A stretch of DNA of 55,878 bases from Chlamydiota bacterium (GTDB taxonomy: Bacteria; Chlamydiota; Chlamydiia; Chlamydiales; SM23-39): positions 1-55,878 of the forward strand of contig JBEHXF010000006.1 of assembly GCA_048498835.1 (NCBI GenBank), read 5' to 3'. Positions 10,937 to 19,723 of the stretch are shown here, one piece after another (the stretch's first letter is position 1; each line of letters starts with the position of its first letter). The notes below the pieces were generated by a model. It did not search any database. It saw only the letters and a program-made list of their open reading frames with translations, and was not told the DNA's origin. The translations under genes and the position numbers were made by a program.

Positions 10937-11775
10937 TCAAGACCTATTATTATCTGACCAAACCTGGCATCATCATGGGAAATGTGGTCACCACAGCAGG
11001 GGGCTTTGCCCTTGCGTCGCGAGGTACTTTCGATCCATGGCTGTTTTTAGCGACCCTAGTGGGTCTGGCGCTTGTAATTGGCTCAGCGGGCGTATTTAAC
11101 AACTATCTCGATCGAGAAATCGATCGGAAAATGGACCGGACAAAACACCGAGCCTTAGCGCAGGGCCTTATTTCTGGCCGAAACGCGCTCTATTTTGGTT
11201 CGATTTTGGTCGTCTTGGGGATTTTGCTCTTAGTTCTCTATACCAATTGGCTAACGGCAGCGATTGCTCTTTTCGGCTTTCTCACCTATGTGATCCTTTA
11301 CGGCATTTTAAAGCGGCGTACGGTTCACGGAACCTTAATTGGCAGCATTGCTGGTGCAGTTCCTCCCGTTATTGGCTATTGTGCGGTAAGCAACCGCCTA
11401 GATATAGCCGCGTGGATCCTCTTTCTCATCATGGTTCTGTGGCAAATGCCCCACTTTTTTGCGATTGCCATCTATCGATTACAAGACTACACAGCAGCGT
11501 CGATTCCCGTTCTGCCCGTTGTAAGAGGATCGCATGTTGCAAAGATTCACATGCTTTTCTACACGATCGCCTTTCTCATGGCCACCTTGCTCTTAACCTT
11601 CTTCGGTTATACGGGAAATCTTTATCTGGTTGTCGCGCTATTACTCGGACTTGGTTGGATTGGTCTATCGATCTGGGGCTTTTCTTGCAAAAACGATACC
11701 CAATGGGCTCGCCACATGTTTCGCTATTCTTTACTAGTGATCATGGGAGTCTTTGCCTTCATGGCGATTGATTAG
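10933..11775 (+). CDS. cyoE: protoheme IX farnesyltransferase (heme O synthase)
   Basis: LTKPGI, NNYLDREIDRKMDRTKHR and WQMPHFFAIA. Confidence 0.95.
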   Translation: MIKTYYYLTKPGIIMGNVVTTAGGFALASRGTFDPWLFLATLVGLALVIGSAGVFNNYLDREIDRKMDRTKHRALAQGLISGRNALYFGSILVVLGILLLVLYTNWLTAAIALFGFLTYVILYGILKRRTVHGTLIGSIAGAVPPVIGYCAVSNRLDIAAWILFLIMVLWQMPHFFAIAIYRLQDYTAASIPVLPVVRGSHVAKIHMLFYTIAFLMATLLLTFFGYTGNLYLVVALLLGLGWIGLSIWGFSCKNDTQWARHMFRYSLLVIMGVFAFMAID

Positions 11776-13778
11776 TATAGATCATGATCAAAATTGCCAT
11801 TTCCTGGCTGCTCAATAAAGGATGAACGAAAATCATCGAGTGTCAATTGTTGAGAATGTTCGATATTCTGAAGAGGATTTGGTATCTCGGAGTGCATTGG
11901 ATCGTTTATCTCAGAAAGCAAGCGGTTAAAAGGTTGTTGATCTAAGTTATTTGATGGGGGAAGCGGGTTATAAGGTCGGTCAGCTGAATCTGCGGTTTGG
12001 AAATCAACATGTTCAAAAGAATTCGGTATCCCAGATTGCATCGGATCTTCTCTCTCTAAAAGCAAAGGATCTAAAGGTTGTTGATCTAAATCATTTGATG
12101 GGGGAAGGGTAATAGAAGGCTCTTGTGCTGCAGGATTGTCAACTTGATAAGCCATTTGAGGCTGAGGCTGATTAGAAGGAATTTCTTGTGCGTATACTGG
12201 ATAAGCCATCCCATGGGGATAAGCAGGTTGAGGCATTATTCTGTTTGAGAATGGATAAGGCCCATAAATTGCAGGATTGACAACTTGGTAAGCCATTTCT
12301 GGCTGAGGCTGATTAAAAGGAATTCCTTGTGCGTATACTGGATAAGCCATCGCATGGGGATAAGCAGCTTGAGGCATTATTCTGTTTAAGAATGGATAAG
12401 GCCCATAAATTGCAGGATTGACAACTTGGTAAGCCATTTCTGGCTGAGGCTGATTAAAAGAAATTCCTTGTGCGTATACTGGATAAGCCATAGCAAGGGG
12501 ATGGGCAGCTTGAGGTATTACACTAGTTGAGGAGGAAAGTGTAATATAAGGCCCATAAGCTGCTGAATCGATAACTTGATAATCCATGTGTTGCTGCGAA
12601 TAATTAGAAGCGTTTGCTTGAGAGTGCACTTGAGCGCTTCCTCGCATTGTCGTAAAAGACTGTGCGTCCATTCCTTGTAAAGGAATAGAATGAACAACTC
12701 TAGCTACCAAGGCGTGTTGCGGGCGATCTAGGCTTGAGGTCTCTGCTTGGCGTTGTGAAGGGCCTCCTAACAGAACGGTTCCTGCCCTTCTTTTTTTTGT
12801 TTGCGGACGATTCTTTATCTGAGCAGAATGTGGGTAAGGGAGATAAAAATCTTCCATTTCCCGCAAATTTGCATCCAATTCTATGCTTTCTTCATGTATT
12901 GGATCCTCGACATCTTCCCATTCGACTGTTAAAGCGATCTTTATTCCTTGGATTACTAATGACTGTTCGAAGTCATCTTTTTGTTGTGTTGTGGCATTCG
13001 TCTGAACGAGACATACTTTATTCAATTGCCGATCAGGGTATTTTTGATGCCATAATTTTAGTATGTTGGATAATGATTCTAGATCAGGCTTGTGAAGAGT
13101 CAGTGATTGCAATTTTGGACAGTCGAGAATGAATTTATAATTACGATAAACTATAGCTTTTGTGGATAGTTTCTCGATATTTTCAAAAGGATAGCTGGAA
13201 TCAAATCCTAGGGAAAAGCAGCTCAGAGTCAATTTTCGAACTTTGGAGAATGTACTTAAAATTTTTTCAAGACATTTATGGGAATATTCCGCATAGAACT
13301 TTTTATTTTTATCTCTTCTTTCTGGAGGCTTGGAATGTAGGGTCATTTCTTGAACTGAATTATGACTCTTTTCCAAAGTAAAATTTAGGAGCATTCCAGG
13401 GATCGGAACTTTGTCAAAAATCAGATGATGAATGGGACGCTGGACTTGTGGATCAGTATACGAAAGATGTGACCATTTTATTCCTGAAAATGTCATCGAT
13501 TCAATGGGAATATTGCTATTTCCAGATAAAAGATTAAGAGCTTTATTACTTAAGGAAAATTCTTTAAAGGTATAATCAACTGGAGGTTCCTTTTCAATTT
13601 TATGAAGAATGGATTGAGCAAGTTCAGAAGTATTCTCTGCTTGATCGGAAAAATCATCAGTATTATGTAGCCCTTTTAAATGACATACGGGTCCATATGT
13701 ATCTAACTTTGATGGATCTCCGCTAACAGTAAGGGATTGATCTCTAAATGCAAAATGTAGGCTGGATTCTATGGTCAT
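11772..13778 (-). CDS. orphan effector-like protein: LRR-like N-terminal half, basic NLS-like patch, Tyr/Pro/Gln tandem repeats, acidic tail
   Basis: 668-aa ORF with LxxLxL periodicity, TKKRR and internal repeats; AT-rich. Confidence 0.7.
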   Translation of the reverse strand: MTIESSLHFAFRDQSLTVSGDPSKLDTYGPVCHLKGLHNTDDFSDQAENTSELAQSILHKIEKEPPVDYTFKEFSLSNKALNLLSGNSNIPIESMTFSGIKWSHLSYTDPQVQRPIHHLIFDKVPIPGMLLNFTLEKSHNSVQEMTLHSKPPERRDKNKKFYAEYSHKCLEKILSTFSKVRKLTLSCFSLGFDSSYPFENIEKLSTKAIVYRNYKFILDCPKLQSLTLHKPDLESLSNILKLWHQKYPDRQLNKVCLVQTNATTQQKDDFEQSLVIQGIKIALTVEWEDVEDPIHEESIELDANLREMEDFYLPYPHSAQIKNRPQTKKRRAGTVLLGGPSQRQAETSSLDRPQHALVARVVHSIPLQGMDAQSFTTMRGSAQVHSQANASNYSQQHMDYQVIDSAAYGPYITLSSSTSVIPQAAHPLAMAYPVYAQGISFNQPQPEMAYQVVNPAIYGPYPFLNRIMPQAAYPHAMAYPVYAQGIPFNQPQPEMAYQVVNPAIYGPYPFSNRIMPQPAYPHGMAYPVYAQEIPSNQPQPQMAYQVDNPAAQEPSITLPPSNDLDQQPLDPLLLEREDPMQSGIPNSFEHVDFQTADSADRPYNPLPPSNNLDQQPFNRLLSEINDPMHSEIPNPLQNIEHSQQLTLDDFRSSFIEQPGNGNFDHDLY
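11880..12560 (-). repeat. coding tandem repeats: three 141-bp units and two 144-bp units
   Basis: gcgtatactggataagccat at 12190, 12331 and 12472 (period 141); aggttgttgatctaa at 11931 and 12075 (period 144). Confidence 0.9.
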
Positions 13779-13945
13779 GTTTTTTCTTTTCTAAGCTTAA
13801 ATAGAGTTTTTTGTTTTTATATTATATATTATTTACTTATTTATTGTATATTAATTGAATTTTGTGAATTTCTGTTTTAGATATTTATAAGCAATATCGG
13901 GATGGTAGTCCTAAATAGGCAAAACTGCCTTTTTAGGAGCTTTGG

Positions 13946-13970
13946 AGGGTGTTCTGTAATGAATTTTCAA
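13946..13970 (+). repeat. isolated end of the MITE-like element
   Basis: 22/25 identical to the reverse complement of 52850..52874. Confidence 0.6.
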
Positions 13971-13982
13971 GAAATTAGCTAC

Positions 13983-15344
13983 TTAAATGGGGCCAAGTGT
14001 TTGAATCGAGAAACATCGATTTCCCTGATAATATTGGGGAATAACGTAAAAAGTTATTGTCTGGCTGATAGGACGCACTGAGGACGAATTCTCAGATAAA
14101 GGGGCGACTTTCCTTTTTTTACTCTTTTTTCTTTCTTGTATTACGTCAGTTTGGACTGCCGCTTGATGACTTCTCTTAGGTATTTGACTTTGGGAGATGG
14201 GGCTTAGGTGGGAAGAAAACGAAAATCTGGGAGTTGAGATCAATCCTTGCGGAGTGGTGTGTAAAACATGATCTATTTCCAAGCGATTTGTCAGTGAAAA
14301 AGAGGGCGAATAAAGGGATAAAGGTAGGGGATCTGGGAAGGAACCGAGTGCACTCAATGGAAGGATCGGACTAGAGGGGATTTTAGGGACAGGTGGATAG
14401 AGCTTGTTGTTAATCCAGTAAGGAACTTCAAAAGTGGTATCTTGGTGGGAATTAAAGGCGGGTATTTGGAGTGGAGGCAATTTTGTTTCAATCGTCGATC
14501 GAACTTTTTGCCTGAATTGGGTTAATTGATTTTGGACCTCGGGAGGGATTGAATCATCGTGTCGGCAAATGATGTGTAGCCTCTTATTTGGATCCATTGC
14601 TTCCCATTTTTTGACCGCAGTCTCAAGGGAATGTAGGCCGATTTCTTTTAGATCTAAAATGAGGGTTTTTAAATCAGGAAAAGAAGCAAGAAAGTCGTAA
14701 TCTTCAATGATCTCGGCATCAATCGTGAGCTGCTCAATGCCAGGAAAACTTGGTCTTATTATTTCCCGTTTTGAGTTCGTACTGCTTAAAGATTTAAATG
14801 CACTGCATGCGATAGTAAGATCTGTTACCGCAGTGCAAGAGCGGAGGATGATCTGCAGATCTCCAATCAAAGTATAAAAGGATGCAGGTTTTGGCAGAGC
14901 AAGTCGCTCTGAAATGGAGATTTTTTTGGGAAAGCGCGAAGTATTTTTAAGACCGTAAGTGAAAAAAGTCTTAGAAAGTTTTGTATCCAATAGATGGAGT
15001 TCTTCTATTTCGGTTTCTAACTGTTGTTCGTCTTTTATTCGCCGGTGAACAGTGCACTTACGAAGAGTTAAAGAGGAGGCTGGAGCTGAAGGATTTTGTC
15101 GATTTTCTAAGAGGATCCGAAGTCCATTTAAATTGATGGTGAGATGTTCGAGTACGTAATCGGTAATGGGGTGTTGGTTTATTACTTCAAGGAGTCTATT
15201 GGCACAAGGTTTACCCAGAGCAACTAGATCATTTTTGAGGCCGCTATCGAGTTGGGAAGTGTGATACGTTTCGTCGCCTGTTAAAGAAAGGGTAGAGCCT
15301 CGAATTTCAGCATGGATTGGACGTGTTGGAGGTTGTATGGACAT
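13983..15344 (-). CDS. orphan effector-like protein: LRR-like region, Pro/Ser-rich tail, NLS-like KKSKKRKV
   Basis: 453-aa ORF; architecture and N-terminal L(S/T)(L/V)(T/S)GD resemble the neighbouring 11772..13778. Confidence 0.7.
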   Translation of the reverse strand: MSIQPPTRPIHAEIRGSTLSLTGDETYHTSQLDSGLKNDLVALGKPCANRLLEVINQHPITDYVLEHLTINLNGLRILLENRQNPSAPASSLTLRKCTVHRRIKDEQQLETEIEELHLLDTKLSKTFFTYGLKNTSRFPKKISISERLALPKPASFYTLIGDLQIILRSCTAVTDLTIACSAFKSLSSTNSKREIIRPSFPGIEQLTIDAEIIEDYDFLASFPDLKTLILDLKEIGLHSLETAVKKWEAMDPNKRLHIICRHDDSIPPEVQNQLTQFRQKVRSTIETKLPPLQIPAFNSHQDTTFEVPYWINNKLYPPVPKIPSSPILPLSALGSFPDPLPLSLYSPSFSLTNRLEIDHVLHTTPQGLISTPRFSFSSHLSPISQSQIPKRSHQAAVQTDVIQERKKSKKRKVAPLSENSSSVRPISQTITFYVIPQYYQGNRCFSIQTLGPI

Positions 15345-15358
15345 GTCACCACCCTTTT

Positions 15359-15384
15359 TTTAAGCATTATAAATAATGCTTAAA
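15359..15384. promoter_or_regulatory. 12-bp inverted repeat (tttaagcattat-aa-ataatgcttaaa); candidate operator or terminator
   Basis: Perfect arms; lies 15-40 bp upstream of the 15344 start and just downstream of the small lipoprotein gene. Confidence 0.45.
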
Positions 15385-15409
15385 GTTTAAGGGTAGAAAA
15401 GTCATTTAT

Positions 15410-15583
15410 TTAAATTTTGCAAAATTTAAAGCAGCACTCGGAGCAACACCCACACTTTTCATGAGGTCTTACTTCCGTTCTGTCGCATTCTGGACAGCAG
15501 CCGCAATTGTAGATCGTTCGCGGTTTATCCATGCATGAGTTTAAGCAGGTCAGCGTTAGAATAAAGAGAAAAAGGCGCATCAT
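15410..15583 (-). CDS. small cysteine-rich lipoprotein (57 aa; not in the ORF track)
   Basis: Hand translation: MMRLFLFILTLTCLNSCMDKPRTIYNCGCCPECDRTEVRPHEKCGCCSECCFKFCKI*. Lipobox-like LNSC; CGCCxEC twice; starts 7 bp after the tpsA stop. Confidence 0.8.
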   Translation of the reverse strand: MMRLFLFILTLTCLNSCMDKPRTIYNCGCCPECDRTEVRPHEKCGCCSECCFKFCKI

Positions 15584-15590
15584 ACTTCTC

Positions 15591-18500
15591 TTATGGTTGT
15601 GTGGGGATTTGATCTAAGTTAAACCAATCGCTGGCTGGGCGAGCTCGTCTTTCATTCCTGTGTTCGCGATCGCTCACTTGACCTACGTAAACCCAATGAT
15701 AAGGAGGCCAGTAGATCGGCAAGTTATCGGTGAGTTCTGCGAGCGCCGTGTTGAGGAGATAAATGTTATCGAGGCGCAAATCGGTATTGTCGGGAACGGG
15801 AACGGGTACGGCAAGGGGATTGTAGTTGAGAACGTAGCCGCCCGCTGCTGGATTGCCTAATTTTAGATCGGCCTGGGTGAACGAAAAGACGCCGATGGTT
15901 GCAACCGCTCGATCGCCTGGACTTTCTGTGGGAGTTTGGGAGAGTGAAACGCTAGCGGGTGAAATGATGCAAGTATTCGGATCGGTGACTAAATCGCCGT
16001 CTGAATTTAAAATATCCGCAGGCAGTTGTAGATAGACGTTGATCGTATCGGCATCAATTGAGATAGGACCTGTTGCAACGATATCGCCAACTTGTGCAAG
16101 TTTAAACATTCCTGTGCTGCAATCGATTGTCACAGAACCATAGACAGTTAATGCTTCATTATTGCCGATTCCTAAAATATCTGCTGTGATGGAGACGTTG
16201 CCACCACTTGGATTTCCAGTAATTGTAGCCGTTTTGGGAACAGCGGTGCGGTTTGCTGTTAGGACAACGGATGCTGGCGTTGAAATCGGACCATTCAAAA
16301 CGATGATGCCATCGGGAATTCCATCCGTTGTGTTCGAAGTAACTTGCAGGGACACATCGGAAGTACTGATGATCGTAGCAACCTTGATTCCTCCCTCTGT
16401 TGATACGGCATCAAAGCCTGCGCCGCCAAAAGATGGGCTAATGTTGATATCTCCTGATGTGAGAAGGTCAGCAGCTCCTGAAATGGTTCCAGTTCCAGTG
16501 ATGTCCAAACTACTTATAGCTACATGCAAGCTATTTATGATTCCACCGCCTAGATCGATGGTGAGACCAAATGCTCCGGTGATGGTTTCTGGGATGCTCA
16601 ATATTCCAGAGCCTTCATTGATTGTTGCTCCATTTGCAACAAGAGTGGGTGTTGGATCAAAAGTGATGTCTCCGCTATTAGCTTCAATCGTGCAGCTTCC
16701 TAATAAGAGCTCGTTGGCAGAGTTCCCGCTGAACAGGAGATCCCCCGATCCAGTACAGCCAACGGTCGCTCCTAACTCGATGCGGCTTGTGTCAGAGCCG
16801 GAAAGATCGAGCGTTAAATCGCCATTCACTGTGGTTACGTGAACACCTGCGCCGCTGATGAATATGGCGTAGGTATCTCCAGTTCCCGTTAGATCGATGT
16901 TATTTGAACCCGTGGCCGTAATATCGGTGCTGTTTGCAATCAAGCAGCCGATGCTGGTGGTCCCGGTTCCACTTGTACCGGTGATATCGATTGGGCCTCC
17001 GCTAATTGAAGCGTTGGTTCCCACAGCATAAAAGCCGTAGTTCAAACCTGTTCCGCTTCCTGTTCCACCTTGCGCATCGATGATTAAATTGGACGCTTGT
17101 AGAGCCGAATCATTCAGGAAAAAGCCGTAATTATTGATAGAGGTACTCGTTCCGCCGTCTGCAGAGACATTGAGGGTGCCCCCAGTAACGGTCAGAGGAG
17201 CGTCTACACTCATTCCAATGTTTCCACCCGAACTACCGCTGCCACCAGCAGCAATAATATTGATCGCATTAGATGGGTTTGTGCCTAATAGAGTCCATGT
17301 AGCGAGCGAGTCGATGATTTGGACTCCATGATGTTCTCCTCCGGTTCCATTCCCCCCCTGACCTTGAAGCGCTATCTGGTTCAGAGTTCCCATTCCCCCT
17401 TGACCTAAAGTGAGCGTTCCGCCCGATATCACGAGGCCGCTATTTCCTGTAGTCGCATTGGCGTTATTGCCTCCGCCAAAACCTTGCAGGTTTAAAGTCC
17501 CTCCGTCACCTGACACTGTGATATCAGTGTCTGTCAAAGTAAGGCCAACTTGACCACTGACAGCGCCAGAAGCAATGGTTGCTTTGCCGATTAAAATAAT
17601 TGAACTGAAGGATTCAAGTGTACATCCATCGAGCAAAATGCCGCCCAATCTCAAGGAAGATGGATCAGCAATGATGGAGCTGGTTATCATCTCAGAGCCA
17701 ATAGTGGAGTCAACCGCATTTAAAGAGTAGGTTTGGCCCGTCCCGCCATTGCCCAGTGTGTCAAATGATATGCTCGTTCCTGTTAGAGTCGCTGTATTAA
17801 GCCGAGTTCCAATCAATCCTGTAACTCTATCATCGAAGGTGATACTTCCCATCGGGGCGTTAATGGTTGCTTGATCGACAAAAACACCGCTGGCAAAGGA
17901 AGCAGTTCCCATGAGTCCTGAAAATAGGATATTCCCCTTAGTGGCTTCGACTCCACCTGTAGAGCTAATATGGACCCCATTTCCACCAGTTAAGCCAGAG
18001 GTGCCTCGAATAAAAATATCGCCATTATCGCAAGTAACGGTTGCATTGATTGCCACCCCATCAAAGGAAGCGCTTACGGCAGAGATTCCTTGAATTTGAA
18101 TATCTTGTGAGTTTGGCGCAGAGCCTGCAACGTGGATTGATGCGTTAATGATTACATTTAGAGCTGAGGTAATCGTTAACGTTGAAGGAGCCACAGAAGT
18201 TGTCAAAATGGCTCCATTGACTGTGATCGTGCTGTCAGCTTCTAGAGTCAAAGTATTGTGTGTCCAACTGCCATCTGCAAGAGCAGTTGTTCCGGCATCA
18301 ATCGTGATTAGCCCCGTTCCCCCAGTTCCTGGTCCCGTAGCGATCGATATATTCCCCATATTCAGGTTCGTGACGAGGTCATCTCCATTGATGTTGCACG
18401 GAGTTGTTCCTCCAGAATAAGGGGGAGGCATCATCATAAATCCGGAAGTGGGAGCGTTACTGATGGTAATGTCGTTAGGATCCAAGAGAAGAGTCCCTGA

Positions 18501-19709
18501 TTTTCCAAAGGGAGCTCGTCGATCGACGAAGGAATGAAATTCGAGCGCGTGGCCAGAAATTTCTACAAAGCCGCCGTCTCCTCCAACGGGGCCGCCGCGG
18601 GCGCTGATTTTTCCCGAAGAGCGAGTGGTGTGATCGGACCAAATGATGACTCTTCCGCCATCTCCATTTTCTAAAGCGTCAGCTTTGATGGTTGATTGTG
18701 GTGAGACAAAGGTGATTTCCGCATTTTTGATGTCGGGATTTTTTCCTTGGAAATCGCCGCCGACCAAAAGGGTTCCGCCACCTGTTTTGCCAGAGATATC
18801 GATTTGCGCTTCACCTAAAATGCCTACTTTATCGCCGAGAATGTGGATGTTACCGCCGATGCCTGATTCATTTTTTGCATAGAGTTTTCCGCCATCGAGT
18901 TCGGAAATGCCTTCGTCGGCTACGAGATAGATACGCCCTCCTTCAGAACGGAGAGCGAGAGCTTCGATTTCGCCCGTTGAGTGAATGGCTTTTGCATACG
19001 GATTTGCCCCCGCTACAAGTTCGGCGCTGAGTGCTTGAATTTTGCCTGAGTGGTCGATCGCTGCCCCTTCTTGCGCAGGGCCATCGCTGGTGGAGGCGCG
19101 GATAAAAGCACGGCGGGCTCCTGCGGGTTTAAGGAGAATTTCGATTCCAGAAGCAAGAGTAACGGCTCCATTTGGAGCTTCGATCGATCCTTTATTTTCG
19201 ACTGTGCGGCCGATGAGAGTGATGTCTCCAGACGCAGAGCGGATCGTGCCAAGGTTGATGATTCCTTTGCTTGAACCTGTGTCTAGGAATAGATGGTCGT
19301 TACGATGGAGAAAATCCTCATCGAGGAGGTCTAGAGTCGATGCGACAAAGCCAGCAGTGTCGATACGCCCTTCGGGCCCAATAAAGACTCCGCTTGGGTT
19401 GACGAGATAGACGCGTCCATTGGAAGAGAGGAGACCCATGATTCGGCTCTCTTGTCCTCCTATAACACGGTTGAGAACGGCTGATTTGGATCCAGCTAGC
19501 TGAAAACGGACTGTTTCACTTTTGTCGACAGAGAATTGATCCCAATGGATAATCGCTTTTTCACCGCCGCGAATGGTGGTTGTTCCTGCTCCGTCATGGG
19601 TAGGTGGAGAGGCGTCGCCGGATATGAGTTTAAATCCTTCGGGTGCAGCGTAGAGGAGGGAAGATCCCATCCAGCAAGAAAGAGCTATCCATTTCATCCA
19701 TCGTTCCAT
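15591..19709 (-). CDS. two-partner secretion exoprotein (TpsA), filamentous haemagglutinin N-terminal domain
   Basis: Signal peptide; TPS motifs IIHWDQF, LNRVIG, NGRVYLVNPSGV, GGFVEISG and GTLLLDP; long Gly/Thr/Ser beta-helix-type body; start refined to MERW (19709). Confidence 0.9.
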   Translation of the reverse strand: MERWMKWIALSCWMGSSLLYAAPEGFKLISGDASPPTHDGAGTTTIRGGEKAIIHWDQFSVDKSETVRFQLAGSKSAVLNRVIGGQESRIMGLLSSNGRVYLVNPSGVFIGPEGRIDTAGFVASTLDLLDEDFLHRNDHLFLDTGSSKGIINLGTIRSASGDITLIGRTVENKGSIEAPNGAVTLASGIEILLKPAGARRAFIRASTSDGPAQEGAAIDHSGKIQALSAELVAGANPYAKAIHSTGEIEALALRSEGGRIYLVADEGISELDGGKLYAKNESGIGGNIHILGDKVGILGEAQIDISGKTGGGTLLVGGDFQGKNPDIKNAEITFVSPQSTIKADALENGDGGRVIIWSDHTTRSSGKISARGGPVGGDGGFVEISGHALEFHSFVDRRAPFGKSGTLLLDPNDITISNAPTSGFMMMPPPYSGGTTPCNINGDDLVTNLNMGNISIATGPGTGGTGLITIDAGTTALADGSWTHNTLTLEADSTITVNGAILTTSVAPSTLTITSALNVIINASIHVAGSAPNSQDIQIQGISAVSASFDGVAINATVTCDNGDIFIRGTSGLTGGNGVHISSTGGVEATKGNILFSGLMGTASFASGVFVDQATINAPMGSITFDDRVTGLIGTRLNTATLTGTSISFDTLGNGGTGQTYSLNAVDSTIGSEMITSSIIADPSSLRLGGILLDGCTLESFSSIILIGKATIASGAVSGQVGLTLTDTDITVSGDGGTLNLQGFGGGNNANATTGNSGLVISGGTLTLGQGGMGTLNQIALQGQGGNGTGGEHHGVQIIDSLATWTLLGTNPSNAINIIAAGGSGSSGGNIGMSVDAPLTVTGGTLNVSADGGTSTSINNYGFFLNDSALQASNLIIDAQGGTGSGTGLNYGFYAVGTNASISGGPIDITGTSGTGTTSIGCLIANSTDITATGSNNIDLTGTGDTYAIFISGAGVHVTTVNGDLTLDLSGSDTSRIELGATVGCTGSGDLLFSGNSANELLLGSCTIEANSGDITFDPTPTLVANGATINEGSGILSIPETITGAFGLTIDLGGGIINSLHVAISSLDITGTGTISGAADLLTSGDINISPSFGGAGFDAVSTEGGIKVATIISTSDVSLQVTSNTTDGIPDGIIVLNGPISTPASVVLTANRTAVPKTATITGNPSGGNVSITADILGIGNNEALTVYGSVTIDCSTGMFKLAQVGDIVATGPISIDADTINVYLQLPADILNSDGDLVTDPNTCIISPASVSLSQTPTESPGDRAVATIGVFSFTQADLKLGNPAAGGYVLNYNPLAVPVPVPDNTDLRLDNIYLLNTALAELTDNLPIYWPPYHWVYVGQVSDREHRNERRARPASDWFNLDQIPTQP

Positions 19710-19723
19710 GACTTTCTTTCCTG

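Noticed and set aside
7113-11775. cyoABCDE operon as a novelty
   Set aside because: Canonical gene order and motifs; an ordinary respiratory operon
11880-12560. possible CRISPR array
   Set aside because: Units are 141/144 bp, in-frame, inside a CDS and lack unique spacers; no cas genes are present
15409-15430. perfect 22-bp palindrome tttaaattttgcaaaatttaaa as an operator
   Set aside because: It is very AT-rich and overlaps the 3' end of the small lipoprotein gene; a function cannot be supported
16162-19410. long plus-strand ORFs antisense to tpsA, and similar shadow ORFs throughout the window
   Set aside because: They are antisense shadows of well-supported genes and have no motifs of their own
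15591-19709. CdiA contact-dependent toxin
   Set aside because: No VENN-like motif and no recognisable C-terminal toxin domain; an adhesin-type TpsA is more likely
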